From Octopus bimaculoides (Eukaryota), in contig NC_069001.1 in assembly GCF_001194135.2 (NCBI RefSeq), positions 21,808,223 through 21,872,222 of the forward strand: a stretch of DNA of 64,000 nucleotides. The letters are read 5' to 3'. Below the pieces are notes generated by a model, which worked only from the letters and a program-made list of their open reading frames with translations, made no database searches and had not been told where the DNA came from. The position numbers were made by a program, and so were the translations under genes. Position 1 is the stretch's first letter. Each line of letters starts with the position of its first letter. This document shows, in pieces, positions 38,401 through 52,537 of the stretch.

Positions 38401-40227
38401 GATGCACAAAAGGAAGAAAAAAGTAATATTTTCATTTCTCTGATTTCAAGTTGTTTGTACCAACTGGCAGAGCAGTGACAAGAAGAAAAACACTACAGCA
38501 ATAATAGCAAAATTACATTATCGACCAACGCACACCATTGGATACTATACACCTAGCAAATATGTGCACTGAGAGAACTTATGAAAAATTAATATAATTG
38601 AGAGACTTTACTTCTGACGAAAATGAATTAAATGGAGAAGTGAATAATTACTTTTTTCTCACCGTACAAAACCAATATTTGCAATAAGAAGTAGTGTGCG
38701 TAATTGATACGACCACAGGATATTACTGGTAATTATTTTCTTACATCGAAAAAGATGAAAGACTACAACGAAGTAGTGATATTTTATCGAAGAATAAATT
38801 AAATTCCGTTGAATGAAATAATCTGAATTAGGATTTAGCTGCCCGAACTCTAAACTGTCTTGAAATTCTTTGAACACAGTAATACAGATTTCTTTTGACT
38901 CATTTACTTAGAACCGGGAATGAAGGTTATTGATACAGTCTACTAAGAACGGACATATATAGAGATTTACGGAACAAAAATGTGTCATTGGCTGATGCAA
39001 CCTTTTCACAGCTCAGTAAACTAAATTAATTCTAATATGCTAAAATTTTGTTAAGGTTCAAAACTAAAATTATCTATAGTGTTAGGAATTTGAAAAATAT
39101 TCACCGGAAGTGGAAAATATGTTCCTTCTGTTCGTTTAGATCAGGGATTCTCAACCATTTTTTTATGTATGGATCTCTTTTATTACTATTTTATTCTAGC
39201 GGTCCTAATTCTTGTGTATTGCTCATCAAAATTTGTATTTAGATAGGATTGTGGAAAGAAATGTATCAGATTGTAGACATATTTGCATAGTAGTAGTAGT
39301 GGTAGTGGTGGTAGTTGTAGTGGTGGTAGTTGTAGCGGTGGTGGTGCAAGTGGCTATGATAAAAGCAGTACTTGTGTTTAGTACCAATTCAAATTTGATT
39401 CAGCAGTTTCTAAATAAAAAAAGTAAAAATCATGACATTCTGCCATTATTTTCTTCCTTGTGTTGCTTTTGGAATGTGCATATGCATCTTAACTTATGTT
39501 GAAAAGGAATAATTTCTGGAAGAGTTGTCCCATTTGATATCCTATCGCTTTCATGATATTTGATATCCTCCCATTTGATATCCTATCGTTTTCATGATAT
39601 TTCAAGAACTCGTGATGCTCAAACAATAATTATAATTCATAAATTTACTAGGAGCTATTAACGACGCTGATAGAGTGTCTTGTGTGACGGACATTTATTT
39701 CTCTGATCAGGTACTTCATGAAATAGTACTTAAGGAGGAAGATATGTTGTAGACATGTAGTGTTTTGGAAACAAAATTTCCGGCCAAAAGAGAACAGGTT
39801 TGATCCAACCAGGCAAATGAAGTCTTCTGGGAAAATAAGAAAAGAGAAAAAAGAGAAATTCAATACAGGATGGGCCGAGAGTTACACAATGTAAGCTCAA
39901 TACGCTCCGGAATTGACAAAAAAATGCTTCAGTTTTTCAAAAATTGAATAAAATGAAAAAAGAAATTGTGATGAATACAAACATACTTGTATATGATGGA
40001 CAAAATGAATAATAATTTCAAATTTTGGGACAATGCCAACAATGTTAGGAAAGCAGTGAAGTCGATTCAATCGATTCCAGTACTCACCTGGCACAAAATT
40101 TATCAACCCCGTAAGGATGAAAAACAAAGTATCCATCCCTATCCATCCCATCCCATCCCACCTCCACCCCATCCCTTATATATATATGTGTATGTGTGTG
40201 TGTGTGGGTGTGTATGTGGGTGTGTGG

Positions 40228-40261
<34 letters not shown>

Positions 40262-40349
40262 TTTTTTTTTAGAAAAACATAAATCCGAGGAAGAAGCATA
40301 CTCTAAGAAGAAGAGCAGTCTATACTTATTACTGGTGAAGACCTGTTTA

Positions 40350-42365
40350 TACGGTTATCCTGGGTTTCTCGCTATAAGGTGTACCTTAATGGGGTATCTT
40401 CAGACCCTAAGACCTATTGGCCTATGACCTCTTTAAAATATCGTGGGAGAAACGATACAGATATAAATAATGGGATCATCTGCCTTTGCTGCTGGTCATC
40501 GGCTTGCGGCTGTGTTGTCATCCTTCAGCTCCGCTACATGTCGGCTATGAGAGTAAAATTTAGGGAGTTATCCTCACTCTCATCAACAATCAATTTCAAG
40601 CTGCTGTGTAATTATCACTAATACCGCAATTATCGCCATTATGCAGTTCCCAAAACGCTAACAGAAGTCTCCTGAAATGCAAGCAGGGCCCGAAAATCTC
40701 CGTTCTGGAGTTCAGTATGGTCCCTGGTGAGTGCGAAATTTTCAGGATTTCCATGCGTTTGGATATGCATAACTTGCAGCGTTTCTTTCAATTTATGTAT
40801 GGACCCAGACGTTGGAGGATTTTTCATGATATAAAGATTGGAATTCCATCTTCCTTCAGTTGCCAGATATGGCTGGCCAGCGATATTACATGTCTCCTTT
40901 TTGGGACCCTGAAGGAGGATCTATGGTTGTAAAGACGTTTCTTAAAGGAAGTTCCTACGCATCCAAGGAAATACATTGGATGCGTGGAGTCAGTGTCATG
41001 TCTACTATTGCTGTTGTTTTTGCTACCTCTGCTGCTGTCGGGACTGTTGTTGTTGCTGCTCTTTTTGCTGCTGTTGCGGTTGTATTTGTTGATGTTTTTG
41101 CTGATGTCGGTACACTGGTGTTGCTGCCGCTGGTGCTACCGATGATGTTGTTTCTGGTGGTGCTGGAGCTGGGGCTTTTGGTGGTTGTGTCACTGGAGGT
41201 GGTGGTTGCGCCGGTAGTGTTACTGTCTCCGCATGTATTTCGGGTGGTACATGTGTTGGTGCTATTAAGCCTGCCGATCTTGATGCTGCTGCTGCTGCTG
41301 TTGTTGCTGCTGTTGTTGTTGGTGCTATCGACGATGATGTTGCTGGGGCCGTTGGTATTGGTATTGGCGAAGGTGGGGATGATGGTGCCGAAAGTGTTAC
41401 AACATTTGTTATTATTGCTGTTGCTATCTTCCCCGGTGAAAGTTCTCGTTGACTGGGATACCATTATTCACATCTATGCCGGTGCCTCTGCTAGGGGCGC
41501 TGCTGCAGTTGGTGGTGCTGCAGCAATTAACAACAGCAACCAACTGCTGGTATTGGAGGTGACGTCACTGTGGTCGATGTTACTGATGGTGGTGGTGGTG
41601 GCGTCGGAGATGTCGGTACTGCTGGTGTTGTTATTGTTGACGTCGGTAAGGCTGTTCGCTGTGATGGTAGTGGTGGTGTTGTTGGCTCTGCCCTCTGCGA
41701 TAGTTTCTGCCGCTGGAACTGGCCAGGTTCGTCCGCACCTCGGTTTGTCAGATGACACCTTTGGTTTCGATGCGGCCTTCTACTGGGCAACTTTTGTGGG
41801 TCCTGCATGAACAACCCTCCTCTTTCCGTTGCTTAGGGACACTAAGATTCTCTTAATCCTAGGGCCACACCTAAAAGAGACCCTAACGTTGTGCCTGTTG
41901 AAAAAAAGGGAGGTGCATAAGGGAGTTAGTAAAGTGTTTGTCTATTAATTTAAGGAAAAGTCTACCTACGGGCATTATAGTATTAAGGGAGAAGGGGGCA
42001 AACCAAATTGTATTTCTGCAGCAATTCCTTCTGCGGTTGTTGGGTTCTGGCATACAAGAGAAGCGGTCCTTGAATCCGCTGGCGGTTAGGGCCTCGTTAT
42101 ATTATAGGGCTGCCACATCGAAGGCCTCCTAGTTAGAGGAAAGGCTAGAAATCCCCTTATTAACACCCTTTAGCAGGTTCTTGAACACGATAGGTGGGTG
42201 GAATGAGGCTGTGCTGGCCTGTAGGTACCGGCGCGCAAGTACAGCGTTACATCTGTGTTGAGGTTGGTCTTCATGGTGATCTTCAATCCCATAGAGCAAA
42301 GCGTGCTGATTAAGTCTTTCCTAAGCCTATCTAGCTTGTGGTGACTTACTCTTTCCCGCAATTCG
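40350..42365 (-). mobile_element. Penelope-like element (Neptune-type), 5'-truncated RT thumb to GIY-YIG, with low-complexity insert
   Basis: KLDRLRKDL...GLKIT...DVTLYL; NTIWF.PFS...VGRLFLKLIDKHF...FNRHNVRVS; SCPVEGR..TKGVI*; after the insert, YFLGCVGTSFKKRLYNHRSSF...LASHIWQLKE...KRCKLC...LNSRTEIFGPCLH. Confidence 0.92.
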
Positions 42366-42489
42366 GGGCAGCAAATTGTGCATCCGTACCTGCCATTTTA
42401 GTATGGTAAAGCGTGTTTATGTTCCAGGTAGTATGGTATTGATTTAGAAAACTTTTCAGTACATATATATATATATATTTATATATATA

Positions 42490-42719
42490 TATATATACTC
42501 TATTACTCTTTTACTTGTTTCAGTCATTTGACTGTGGCCATGCTGGAGCACCGCCTTTAGTTGAGCAAATCGACCCCAGGACATATTCTTTGTAAGTCTA
42601 GTACGTATTCTATCGGGCTCTTTTGCCAAACCGCTAAGTTTCGGGGACGTAAATACACCAACATCGGTTGTCAAGCGATATTGGGGGACAAACACAGACA
42701 CACAAACACATACACACAC

Positions 42720-42758
<39 letters not shown>

Positions 42759-42760
42759 NN
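42490..42760 (+). mobile_element. SINE family A, 5' part (runs into gap)
   Basis: cagtcatttgactgtggccatgctggagcaccgcc...aaacacaccaacatcggttgtcaagcg, shared with 16960 and 55228. Confidence 0.85.
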
Positions 42761-43719
42761 NNNNNNNNNNNNNNNNNNNNNNNNNNNNNNNNNNNNNNNN
42801 NNNNNNNNNNNNNNNNNNNNNNNNNNNNNNNNNNNNNNNNNNNNNNNNNNNNNNNNNNNNNNNNNNNNNNNNNNNNNNNNNNNNNNNNNNNNNNNNNNNN
42901 NNNNNNNNNNNNNNNNNNNNNNNNNNNNNNNNNNNNNNNNNNNNNNNNNNNNNNNNNNNNNNNNNNNNNNNNNNNNNNNNNNNNNNNNNNNNNNNNNNNN
43001 NNNNNNNNNNNNNNNNNNNNNNNNNNNNNNNNNNNNNNNNNNNNNNNNNNNNNNNNNNNNNNNNNNNNNNNNNNNNNNNNNNNNNNNNNNNNNNNNNNNN
43101 NNNNNNNNNNNNNNNNNNNNNNNNNNNNNNNNNNNNNNNNNNNNNNNATATATATAACCGTTAGTGGAAGTTGTTAGAAGTAGATTAGGTAAAAAGTCTA
43201 AAGTATGCAAATGTGATTCTAATATTATGTAAACATTTCAATCTAAGATCTTAAGATTTATTGAGTACATTACCTGGACATTTAAGGATTTCCCATAATT
43301 AGGCGCAACAAAATGTGCCTCCGTATCTGCCATTTTAATATGGTAAACTGTTTTTATTTTACAGGTAATAGTGAATTGATTTTTTTCATTTTTCAAATCC
43401 CACATTTTCATGCAAGTGACGTAACCGTAGCCTTATTTCGATTTCTGAGAGAAAAACAAAGATTGTAAAGTCTCTGCTTGAAGTTACACGAACCTATGTA
43501 TGTACAAGTATTCATATCATTTATTACGTTTCATTTATATACAATATTTTGGTTTATGCAAACGTTCATAATAGGGCACAACGATTTGCTTTTGAAATTA
43601 CATAATGTAGGAGACAACTGGTCGCTATTGTGACCAGTGGCAAATAAATACGGTAGAGAGTGTTGATTACGGCTACGGCTAGCAGAGTTACATAAGACTA
43701 ATAGTCCAGTGTTACATAA

Positions 43720-44480
43720 GTGATACTATGATTATCATCATCAGTACTATCAGTAAAGCTCTCGGTGTTAGAACAGTCGATGTGATAATGAATAGTTGTG
43801 TAATCCATATCTACATCAAAAACGGAGTGATTATAAGGTGTGATGGCTGTGCTATATACGGAACCAAGATTAACCACTTCGTCACCTCTGATATTGTTGC
43901 CAAACGCCCTGTTAAGTTTGTGTGTGAAAATATTAAAAGTTGAGAGAATTGGCTGACAATTGATACAATCATCGCTGGTTTTAGCTACTTGACTGCTATA
44001 AACGACTTCAACAGAATGTCCTATGATAGAACTGCTAACACTTCGGTCATGGCAAATAATGTTACTGTAACAAAGATCATTATTGTTGCGGCTGCTAGTC
44101 TTATTAATAGCGATTCTACTATTATTATTACTATTATAATTACTATTAAGGACACCGTTACTCTCCTTATATTTATGATATTTATTATTACTAGTTCTCT
44201 CGTTTCTACCACCGTCATTATTCCTACAGCTATAAAGGTAATAACTGATATTATCATCATTATCTTTATCACTATTACTATTGTTGATCTTATAATTGCT
44301 ATTATTACTGCTATTACTATTATTATTACTTTTACCATTATTATTGCTGTTCTTATTTTCTATATTAATAATAATGTTTATATTATTTCTACTGCGATTA
44401 TTGTTATTATTATTGTTGTTTTTATTGTTCGTATTATTACTATTATTATTATCATTATTATTTACAATATATCAATTGCT
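43720..44480. repeat. Degenerate (ATT/ACT)n low-complexity tract
   Basis: The overlapping ORFs are poly-I/L/T with no domain motif. Confidence 0.8.
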
Positions 44481-44993
44481 ACGGGATATTGTGATATTAC
44501 GCTTATTTATACCAGATATAATGGTTTCAAGATTAGATAATGTTGAAAAGAAAATTCTTATTCAAAGTTTATTTGAATAAATAAGGTGACACTTCTTAGA
44601 AGGGAAAAAAACATTTTCTCTAAGGCAGCAAAAACTTTTTCAGAAAGTTTCGTAATAATGTTGCAAGTTCAATGAAGGTTAAACTATATTACGTCATCAT
44701 TACGCAAAGTGCACCGGATTTTGTGTTTCTGTTGTCTAAATTTCTGTGTTTTGATGGTATGCACATGATCAGCATTGCTGCAATTTTTATTTCTACCCAT
44801 TGTGTTACCAGTTATATTCGGCCACTATTGTTATGAATTTATTCCTATAAGTCACATCAGTAATGGAAAATCTTTCATTATGATTATTGTTATTGTTATT
44901 CATTAATATAGGTCTATCATTATTACTTATGGAAGCAGAAGTGTCATTACCAGTATTATTATAATTAGTGTTTTTTGTTAATACTGATATATA

Positions 44994-45038
<45 letters not shown>

Positions 45039-45128
45039 GTATATGTTAGTATATGGCTATATACATATATATGTATGCGGGTGTGTGTGCATATACAATT
45101 ATATACGTGTATATGGGTGTATAATGAT

Positions 45129-45350
45129 GTCCTCATATATATATAACTGAGAATATGTGTTTCTATGTGTGAATCTCTAGAATTCGAGAAGTACTCAACA
45201 GTTTTTATTTACATTTTACACATGCATTACTTAGGGTCCATGGGGCGTTGTGGGCCAAAAACATTTTCAATTCCTTGCCTAATGCGGGACCGAAGCAATC
45301 TGCTACACCGGTTTGGTATTACGTGTCAAACGTGAAAGAATAACATCTAT
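45129..45350 (+). mobile_element. Diverged Helitron 5' fragment
   Basis: tgtgtgaatctctagaattcgagaagtactcaac...attttacacatgcattacttagggt aligns with 60525-60595. Confidence 0.6.
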
Positions 45351-45854
45351 ATTTTAATTTCATATAATATTGTTTCACTTTTATTGTTTCACTTTTATTG
45401 TTTCACTTTTAATTTTAATGTGATACCACTAAGATCATCTTATTTTACACACTTACCATTCAATTACCCGTCAATAATTATCGCAGAGCAGTTGCAAATT
45501 TGCAAGATATTTACAGTTACGCATTAATACTTAAACTAACAGTTAATACATGTGCCTAACCTATACATGTATAATTATTAAATCGTCTGTTTGTCTGTTC
45601 CCAAGGCATTCTCAAACGGCTCCACCAAATCAAATCAAATTTTACAGGGTAATATTATCACACTCTCCGAGTGTCAACATATAATTATTTTTATTTCGAT
45701 TAAACTAATATAAGATCTTATAGAGATAATCTTTCTATAGTCAAATATAGTACAGGACATGACAACTACGACGACGACAACGTCACATTTTGTATATGCG
45801 TGTGTATTTGTCTGTTAGTGTATGTGTGTGTGTGTATGAGTGTGCATGTGTCTG

Positions 45855-45947
<93 letters not shown>

Positions 45948-47645
45948 GCGTTCGGCGACAACGTCAAATTTTGTATATGAGCGTCTATGTCTGTGTGAGT
46001 ATGCATGCGTATGTATCTGAATGTGTGCGTGTGTCTGCGTTAGGTACGTTATTTAACACACATATATCTACTCATACGTATTCATATGTAACGACTGACA
46101 TGCGTGAATGTATATCTGTGTGTGTCTCTCTTACTATAAATTATTACACCATATGAATGTCAAAATGTATTTTTTTTTATTTCGAGTAAAACAACATAAA
46201 TTTCATAGACATAATCCTTCTATAGTCAACTGTAGTACAAAACATTTTATATGAGTGTATATGCGACTCTGTGTGTGTTTGAGCGTTCGATACGTAAGAG
46301 ATAGTAAAGGACATTTTATACAACGATGACGACGTCACATATATGAGTATCAACACATACATATACCTATGTGACTAGAACGGCTGGAGGTGAAATTGTT
46401 GACAAAAAAACAATTAAATGGAAGGTCCAAGGTATATGAAAATCCTCATCTGCCGTTCAATTAACAGTTTATAATTATCGCAGCAGTTGTAAGGTTGCAG
46501 GGTATTTGCAATTTGCTTTTATTTGGTAAATTTAAATTGCATGCAAAAATATAGACTAACTATATACATACAACTGCTTATAAAAATATTGATAAATGTA
46601 TATTTTTTCTACGTTCATAATAATTTGTTTAAAATATTGAAAAAATGCATCACCATTGATCTAGATGCCCCGTAAACATAAACCCGAAATGCCAAATCTT
46701 CCCTTTCTATCAATTCACCGGAAAACACCTCAACCTAATTCCATTTAAATAAGGAAAGCATACTCATTAAAAAATATAAACGACAGCTAAATATCCTTTA
46801 GAAAGAAGAAAAGACACTAATGAGAAAAAGAAAAAAAAATCAATTTCTCCCCCCCCCCAAGCAACCTGGAACAACAAACAATTTAAAAAACTTTAGTAAC
46901 AGTCTTTCACTCAGGTTTCGAAACCGTAACTCCCAATCACCATACAATAATACCACACAAACACGAGTTGCTGACGCCACTCAACTCTAGACCAATCAAA
47001 ATCGAACTTTAGCAAATACAACAAAATGACCCATTAAGAGAATCAACCAATCGGAACGACAGGGAAGCCAACCAGCCTGAGCGACAAACTTGATCACCGG
47101 AAAAACAAGACGTCACCAGTAATTTAACGAATCAAAAATGAGATCCGCTTGTGGAAGAAATTTATAACTACACAGGATTCCAAAACACACCTTTGCAGCG
47201 AAAGTTCCTACATACGACGGAAAGAGGATCAGAGAAATTGTAAACCAAAACCCTTGTTTTACTATCTTCATTTCGCAATTGCTTTTTTCCCTCTGAACTT
47301 ACTATGACAGAAACTTTGATGATATTCATTTCTTGTCGATCACTACTAACACTAATGAGCTTCGTACATTCAAATAAATTGATGCATAGTTTTATCCTTA
47401 TTGACTGTCATGAACATTTAAACTTGTCAACATCGAAATTTTTAAACATGTTTTACTAATTCATAACTCTAAATGTTTACCATTGATAATCAAAACATTG
47501 TTGAAACTAGTTTGGTATATATGTATATATGTATATATGTATATATGTAAATGAATTTATTTTAAACAATTAAGTTTTGCAAATTTAGGTGCATTTTCAA
47601 CAAATTTGCCTGTATTTTTTCCTGCGTGGAAATACATCTCTTTTG

Positions 47646-47684
<39 letters not shown>

Positions 47685-48956
47685 AACATAAAAACTAAAC
47701 TAAGGGTGTGTGAGTATGCACAATGCACACCCATGTATGAAAACATAAACTAACGTATATATCAATACTTATGTGTGTGTTCTAAGGTCGCACGAATGGC
47801 GATTGTACAAATCTCTTCATTTTGTCTCTTCATTGTCTCTTCATGGTTTGTATGTTTTTATTATTTAATTTTTTTTATATTAATATATTTCTCTGCATGT
47901 TTACTTTATGCGTATTTTACTATTATGCATACTTGTCATGCATTTGTGTACATCATTAATAAATAAGTGCATGTGTGTGTATGTGTGTATACGTTTGTGT
48001 TTGTGTGTGGGGGAAAGGGGTCTGTCTCCAAAACTTTGAAGCTGAGTAACATTTTCATGTTTGGATTTATAAATTACGATAAGAATAATACTAGTCAACA
48101 AAAATTTTTCCCAAGAAGAATAACTGTTTCTTATATGTTTTGCATGCAGAATTCAAGAATAATGTCAAATTATCTGTACAAATATCACATATTCCATTCA
48201 TCTTCATAATGGGAAAAAAACAAATAAACATCTCAAACTTTTGCTATATATGACGAAAAATGTCTATAATAAAATTCTAATTCATAAATATAAATGTTTA
48301 TTAAAACAAAATAAAATACGCGGGTGAAGTATATCTCGTGGTTTGAAGAATGAACATATGCGGGTGAAACACAACACAACGTGCGGTTGTCATGGTTACA
48401 AGCTATTAATTCCGCGCTGTCTGTTGATTAGCTAAAATTACCCAAATTTCCCAACTTTAATTCCAAATAACATCAGATTCTTTAATTTACGAGATAAAAT
48501 AATTGGTTGATCGTAATCAAAATTCAGAGTTGCATTGATGCTCCAAAATTGAAAGCAATCTGAACAAAATTAAAGGGAGCTCATTTTGCGAATGAGAAGT
48601 TCTATATTTCTTGTGCATATCCTCACGTTCGTTTTTTTCTCATTTCTTTCTTTTCTTTTCAGTTTTTTTTTATTGTTTTCTCTTTGAATTGACTATATAT
48701 TGTCCAGGTAAATCCAACTGATGAAGACTAATCAAATTTACGATGTCAAACGTATTTGAGGAGTCTGATACCTAGGTACTGGATTCTAGTTGTCCTATTT
48801 TTTAATATTCTTCCTAGAGATAAGACCAAATTTTTCATGTTTGCCGCCCTCACACGTCTTTGCCAGTATATACACACTGAAGATTTACTATAACGTCGTA
48901 AATGTATCGACTGCTATTTCCAGTAAACATTGGTGCTTTCTTGTACNNNNNNNNNN

Positions 48957-49002
<46 letters not shown>

Positions 49003-50548
49003 AGACGTATATATGTATGTATGTATATAAGCATATGAAAGCAAAATCAACAAATCACTTTTCCTTAATTGTAAATTGCTAGATTTCATGCTGCGTCATG
49101 ACGTATTGTACGTTTCCTTTTAGAATAAATTAGAAAAAATTCTCTCCTTTTGCAAGTTCTCCTCTTTCTCTTTATCTCTTTCACCAAATAACTCCCTCTA
49201 TTTCCTATTCCCTCTCTTAATTATACTTTTCCTCTCTATATGTTTTCATTTCTTACTCTCTTAATTGGTTTTTGCAGAAATATTTTTGTCTGGTTCTCAA
49301 GGTTCCCTGTTTTATAAATTTATTTTTCTTTATTTGATAAATTAATTTTATATTAATGATTGTCAATTTGTTTCCTATGGTGTCATTATTTTTGTGTCAG
49401 CATATATATCTGTATATTTTAATTAGCTTTTTATTCATGTATATTGAAGTATTAATCTTTAATAAATTATTCCAGTTAGTTTTAACATGTATATAAATAT
49501 TTAAGCCGAGTCTGTCTAACCCCGTTAGACGTAACTTTAATAGCACAGTGCAAGATTAAATTAATTATAGAATTTATGTTTGTTCTCGTATTCTATTACT
49601 TGAAATCACTTGAAATCATTCTGGAACCTATTCCGTCACTCATTTTACAAAATGGAATCGATTTAATTTTTTGTCGTGTAAATATCAACGTTTTCAACAA
49701 TTTAATCCTCATTTTTTGTGAAATGTCATAGTTTTTCATGCCATGTCCTAAGGATTGCACAGAAATCTTGAGATATTAAATGATAGCATTATTGAGGCTT
49801 AAACGGAATGTATTAAATTAATTAAATAATTATGAATGGAAATAAGTACACGTTTCCAAATATTCCATAGAGTCAAATTTAGAATTGCATTATCGCTTAA
49901 ATAATTACAATGATAACTCTTACTCCCCCTCTCTCTTTCTCTTTTACTTTCTGTGTCTACTACTGCGTTTATCTTTCTTTGTATTGCCGTTGTTGTGTCT
50001 GTCACTAACCTGGTACACCATGATAATGTATTAAGGAAGTAATTATGCGTGGAAATAAAATATAATAAATAATAAGAAAAACGACTGTAATAAAATATCT
50101 AAGATATTGAATTGTAGAAAAGAATACAACTATAAGTAAAATTAATGTATGTAATAATAAATAAACAAACGAAGACAATAAAACATATGATAAAAATTGT
50201 CCACTTGATTAAAATAAATTAATAGAAACTTCAGCAGTGAAGAGATTATGTATTTGAGTTAAAGCAGCATTAGTGTAAATTGTCGATTAATTTTATAGAT
50301 ATTCTTCCAAAAGAAAACTAAAAGCACAAGATTCTAAAGCAAAGTATGGATCTTTTCCCTTTGAACGGCAAATCGAGAAATTAATTTTTGTGACTAAACT
50401 CTTTCAAACTTCGGACACTGGCAGAATGTGTCATATAAAACATCTTTTACTCTTAGCGTTGTCGAGAAAAGTTTCTATTTTCAAAGTTATTTCGTGTTAA
50501 ATTTGTCGTATTTTGGTAATTTCAATCAATCAATGACGTGTATTCAGC

Positions 50549-50695
50549 TAAACCTAACCCTAACCCTAACCCTAACCCTAACCCTAACCCTAAAACCCTA
50601 ACCCTAACCCTAACTCTAAAACCTTAACCCTAACCCTAAAACCCTAACCCTAACCCTAACTCTAAAACCCTAACCCTAACCCTAAAGCTAAAACC
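50549..50695 (-). repeat. Interstitial telomere-like (TTAGGG)n array with variant units
   Basis: Six pure TAACCC units at 50555-50590, then a 46-bp mixed block twice (50591-50636, 50637-50682). Confidence 0.92.
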
Positions 50696-51584
50696 AGTAC
50701 AAACGCACGAACGATGTCATGAATAACAGTGACAAATGAATTATACACCGCCTATAGTTGTTGACAAACAATAGCAGTAATTTTATTCAGGTGATTGTTT
50801 GAAATTACTGCATTAGGACAACGTTAACACAAGTGTGTTCATTCAAAATGACGTATTATAGGTGAGCACTACATCGCGGAGGATTCGTGTAGTGAATATT
50901 TCGGTCCTGGAGTAGATGGTAACGGAAACACTCTGATGAGGATGGTCAGACGATTTAAACTGTAATATTATGGCACGGAACCTCAGCGCGCCTTGTCAAT
51001 AGGGCTGGGTAGACAGAATTCATGAGTGCAGCCAATGATGACAATATTTAGCGTGGAAGAAAAAGAAAAAAAACTGAAGTGCAGTTAGGTTCTGCTCGTT
51101 TCAATCACTGTATTGTCGCTGGTTTTATAGCTAATTGCACTAAAAATTGGGTTGAGTGCCGTGCAACACTTTATCCAATCAAAGCATATTCACGCACCCT
51201 AAAATCACGAAACGTTTGTACGGACTTAAATGAGTTTAGGAAGTGCCCTTACTCGGTCACAGGTTTTCTTCCACCGTATTTATTTATGCATATATGTCTA
51301 CACGCATATTCTTTCATTGACAACATGAAATAAAGATGGGCTCTAAGCGTATTCATTAAGTCTTTGTTACTATATCATATCTACTTCCTTTAAAACGGAG
51401 ATGCAACTTTTCGAGCATATAATATAGGTCTTCGTGTTCACTTTCGGCATTTGATATCTATGTAAAATATATTTAACTCGAACCACTGCAGATTATAGAA
51501 TCCCATATATTCAGCTACCTTTTTCTGATATAATGGTTTCAAATTTTGGCACAAAGTTAGCAGTAGGGATGGGGGGGGGGGAAC

Positions 51585-51750
51585 ATCGGTTATATTGTCC
51601 CTCAAGGCTCAACTGGTGCTTCCTTATCTACCCTGAAAGAGTGAAAGTCAAAGTCGACTTTCGTGGCATTTGAACTCATGCCGTACACCCTGGCGAAATG
51701 TCGCTAAGCGTTTTGACCGGCGTGCTAACGGTTCTGCCAGTTCACTGCCT
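51585..51750 (-). mobile_element. tRNA-derived SINE family B
   Basis: Reverse complement reads aactggcagaaccgttagcacgccgg...gagttcaaatgccacgaagtcgactttgactttcactc. Confidence 0.8.
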
Positions 51751-52505
51751 CCATATTTCTAAAGTAATAATAATAATAATAATAATAATAAAATCACAGA
51801 TTTGTAAAAATATGTTGAATCGTTTACTATGATCACGACTCAACAGTGGTGCTTATATTACAGATGCCTTTGTGAAAGTTTTAAGATCAACAATATTAAC
51901 AAAGAAAACTTAACTTTTGCCGATATTGATTGAATGAAAGCAAATTTAGTGAAGGAAACACACTTAAGGACTTAAATTCTTTTTCGTTTATTGCAAGTAA
52001 CCATGGCCTTGGGTAGAATTTAATATTCACTTGAAGCACGGACTTTAATACCAATTCAAAGGAACAATTTTCACTGCATATCACATCACCAACACTATTA
52101 CTCAGTATTTCACTAATCTTCATGACAGAAAAAAAGTAATAACAATAACAATATAACGTATCAAATCAACATACATTACCGATTCAATGATTACAGAAAG
52201 CACTTAACAATGATGTCATTAAGTATGTTGATATAATTGGCATAATACCTAAAAGAGTTTCAGAGACAGACAGAAAAGCATTGTGAACTTTACCTCTAAG
52301 GTTCATATCCCCCGAATGTGCCTGCTTATTTCTAACTCAAATCAATTAAACGACTCTTTAAATCCCCATCAATTAACTAAACCCTAAATCTACGGCTGGA
52401 GGCTAATTTCTAGCTGTGTTAATCTCCTTACTTTTGATAATTGAAATATCCTTGAGATTTTATGATATATAGAATTATATAGAATGTGAAAGTGATGTGG
52501 GCATG

Positions 52506-52537
<32 letters not shown>

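Noticed and set aside
40860-41810. 316-aa + strand ORF as a membrane protein
   Set aside because: It is the antisense reading of the triplet-repeat insert (poly L/V) inside a PLE, with no domain motif.
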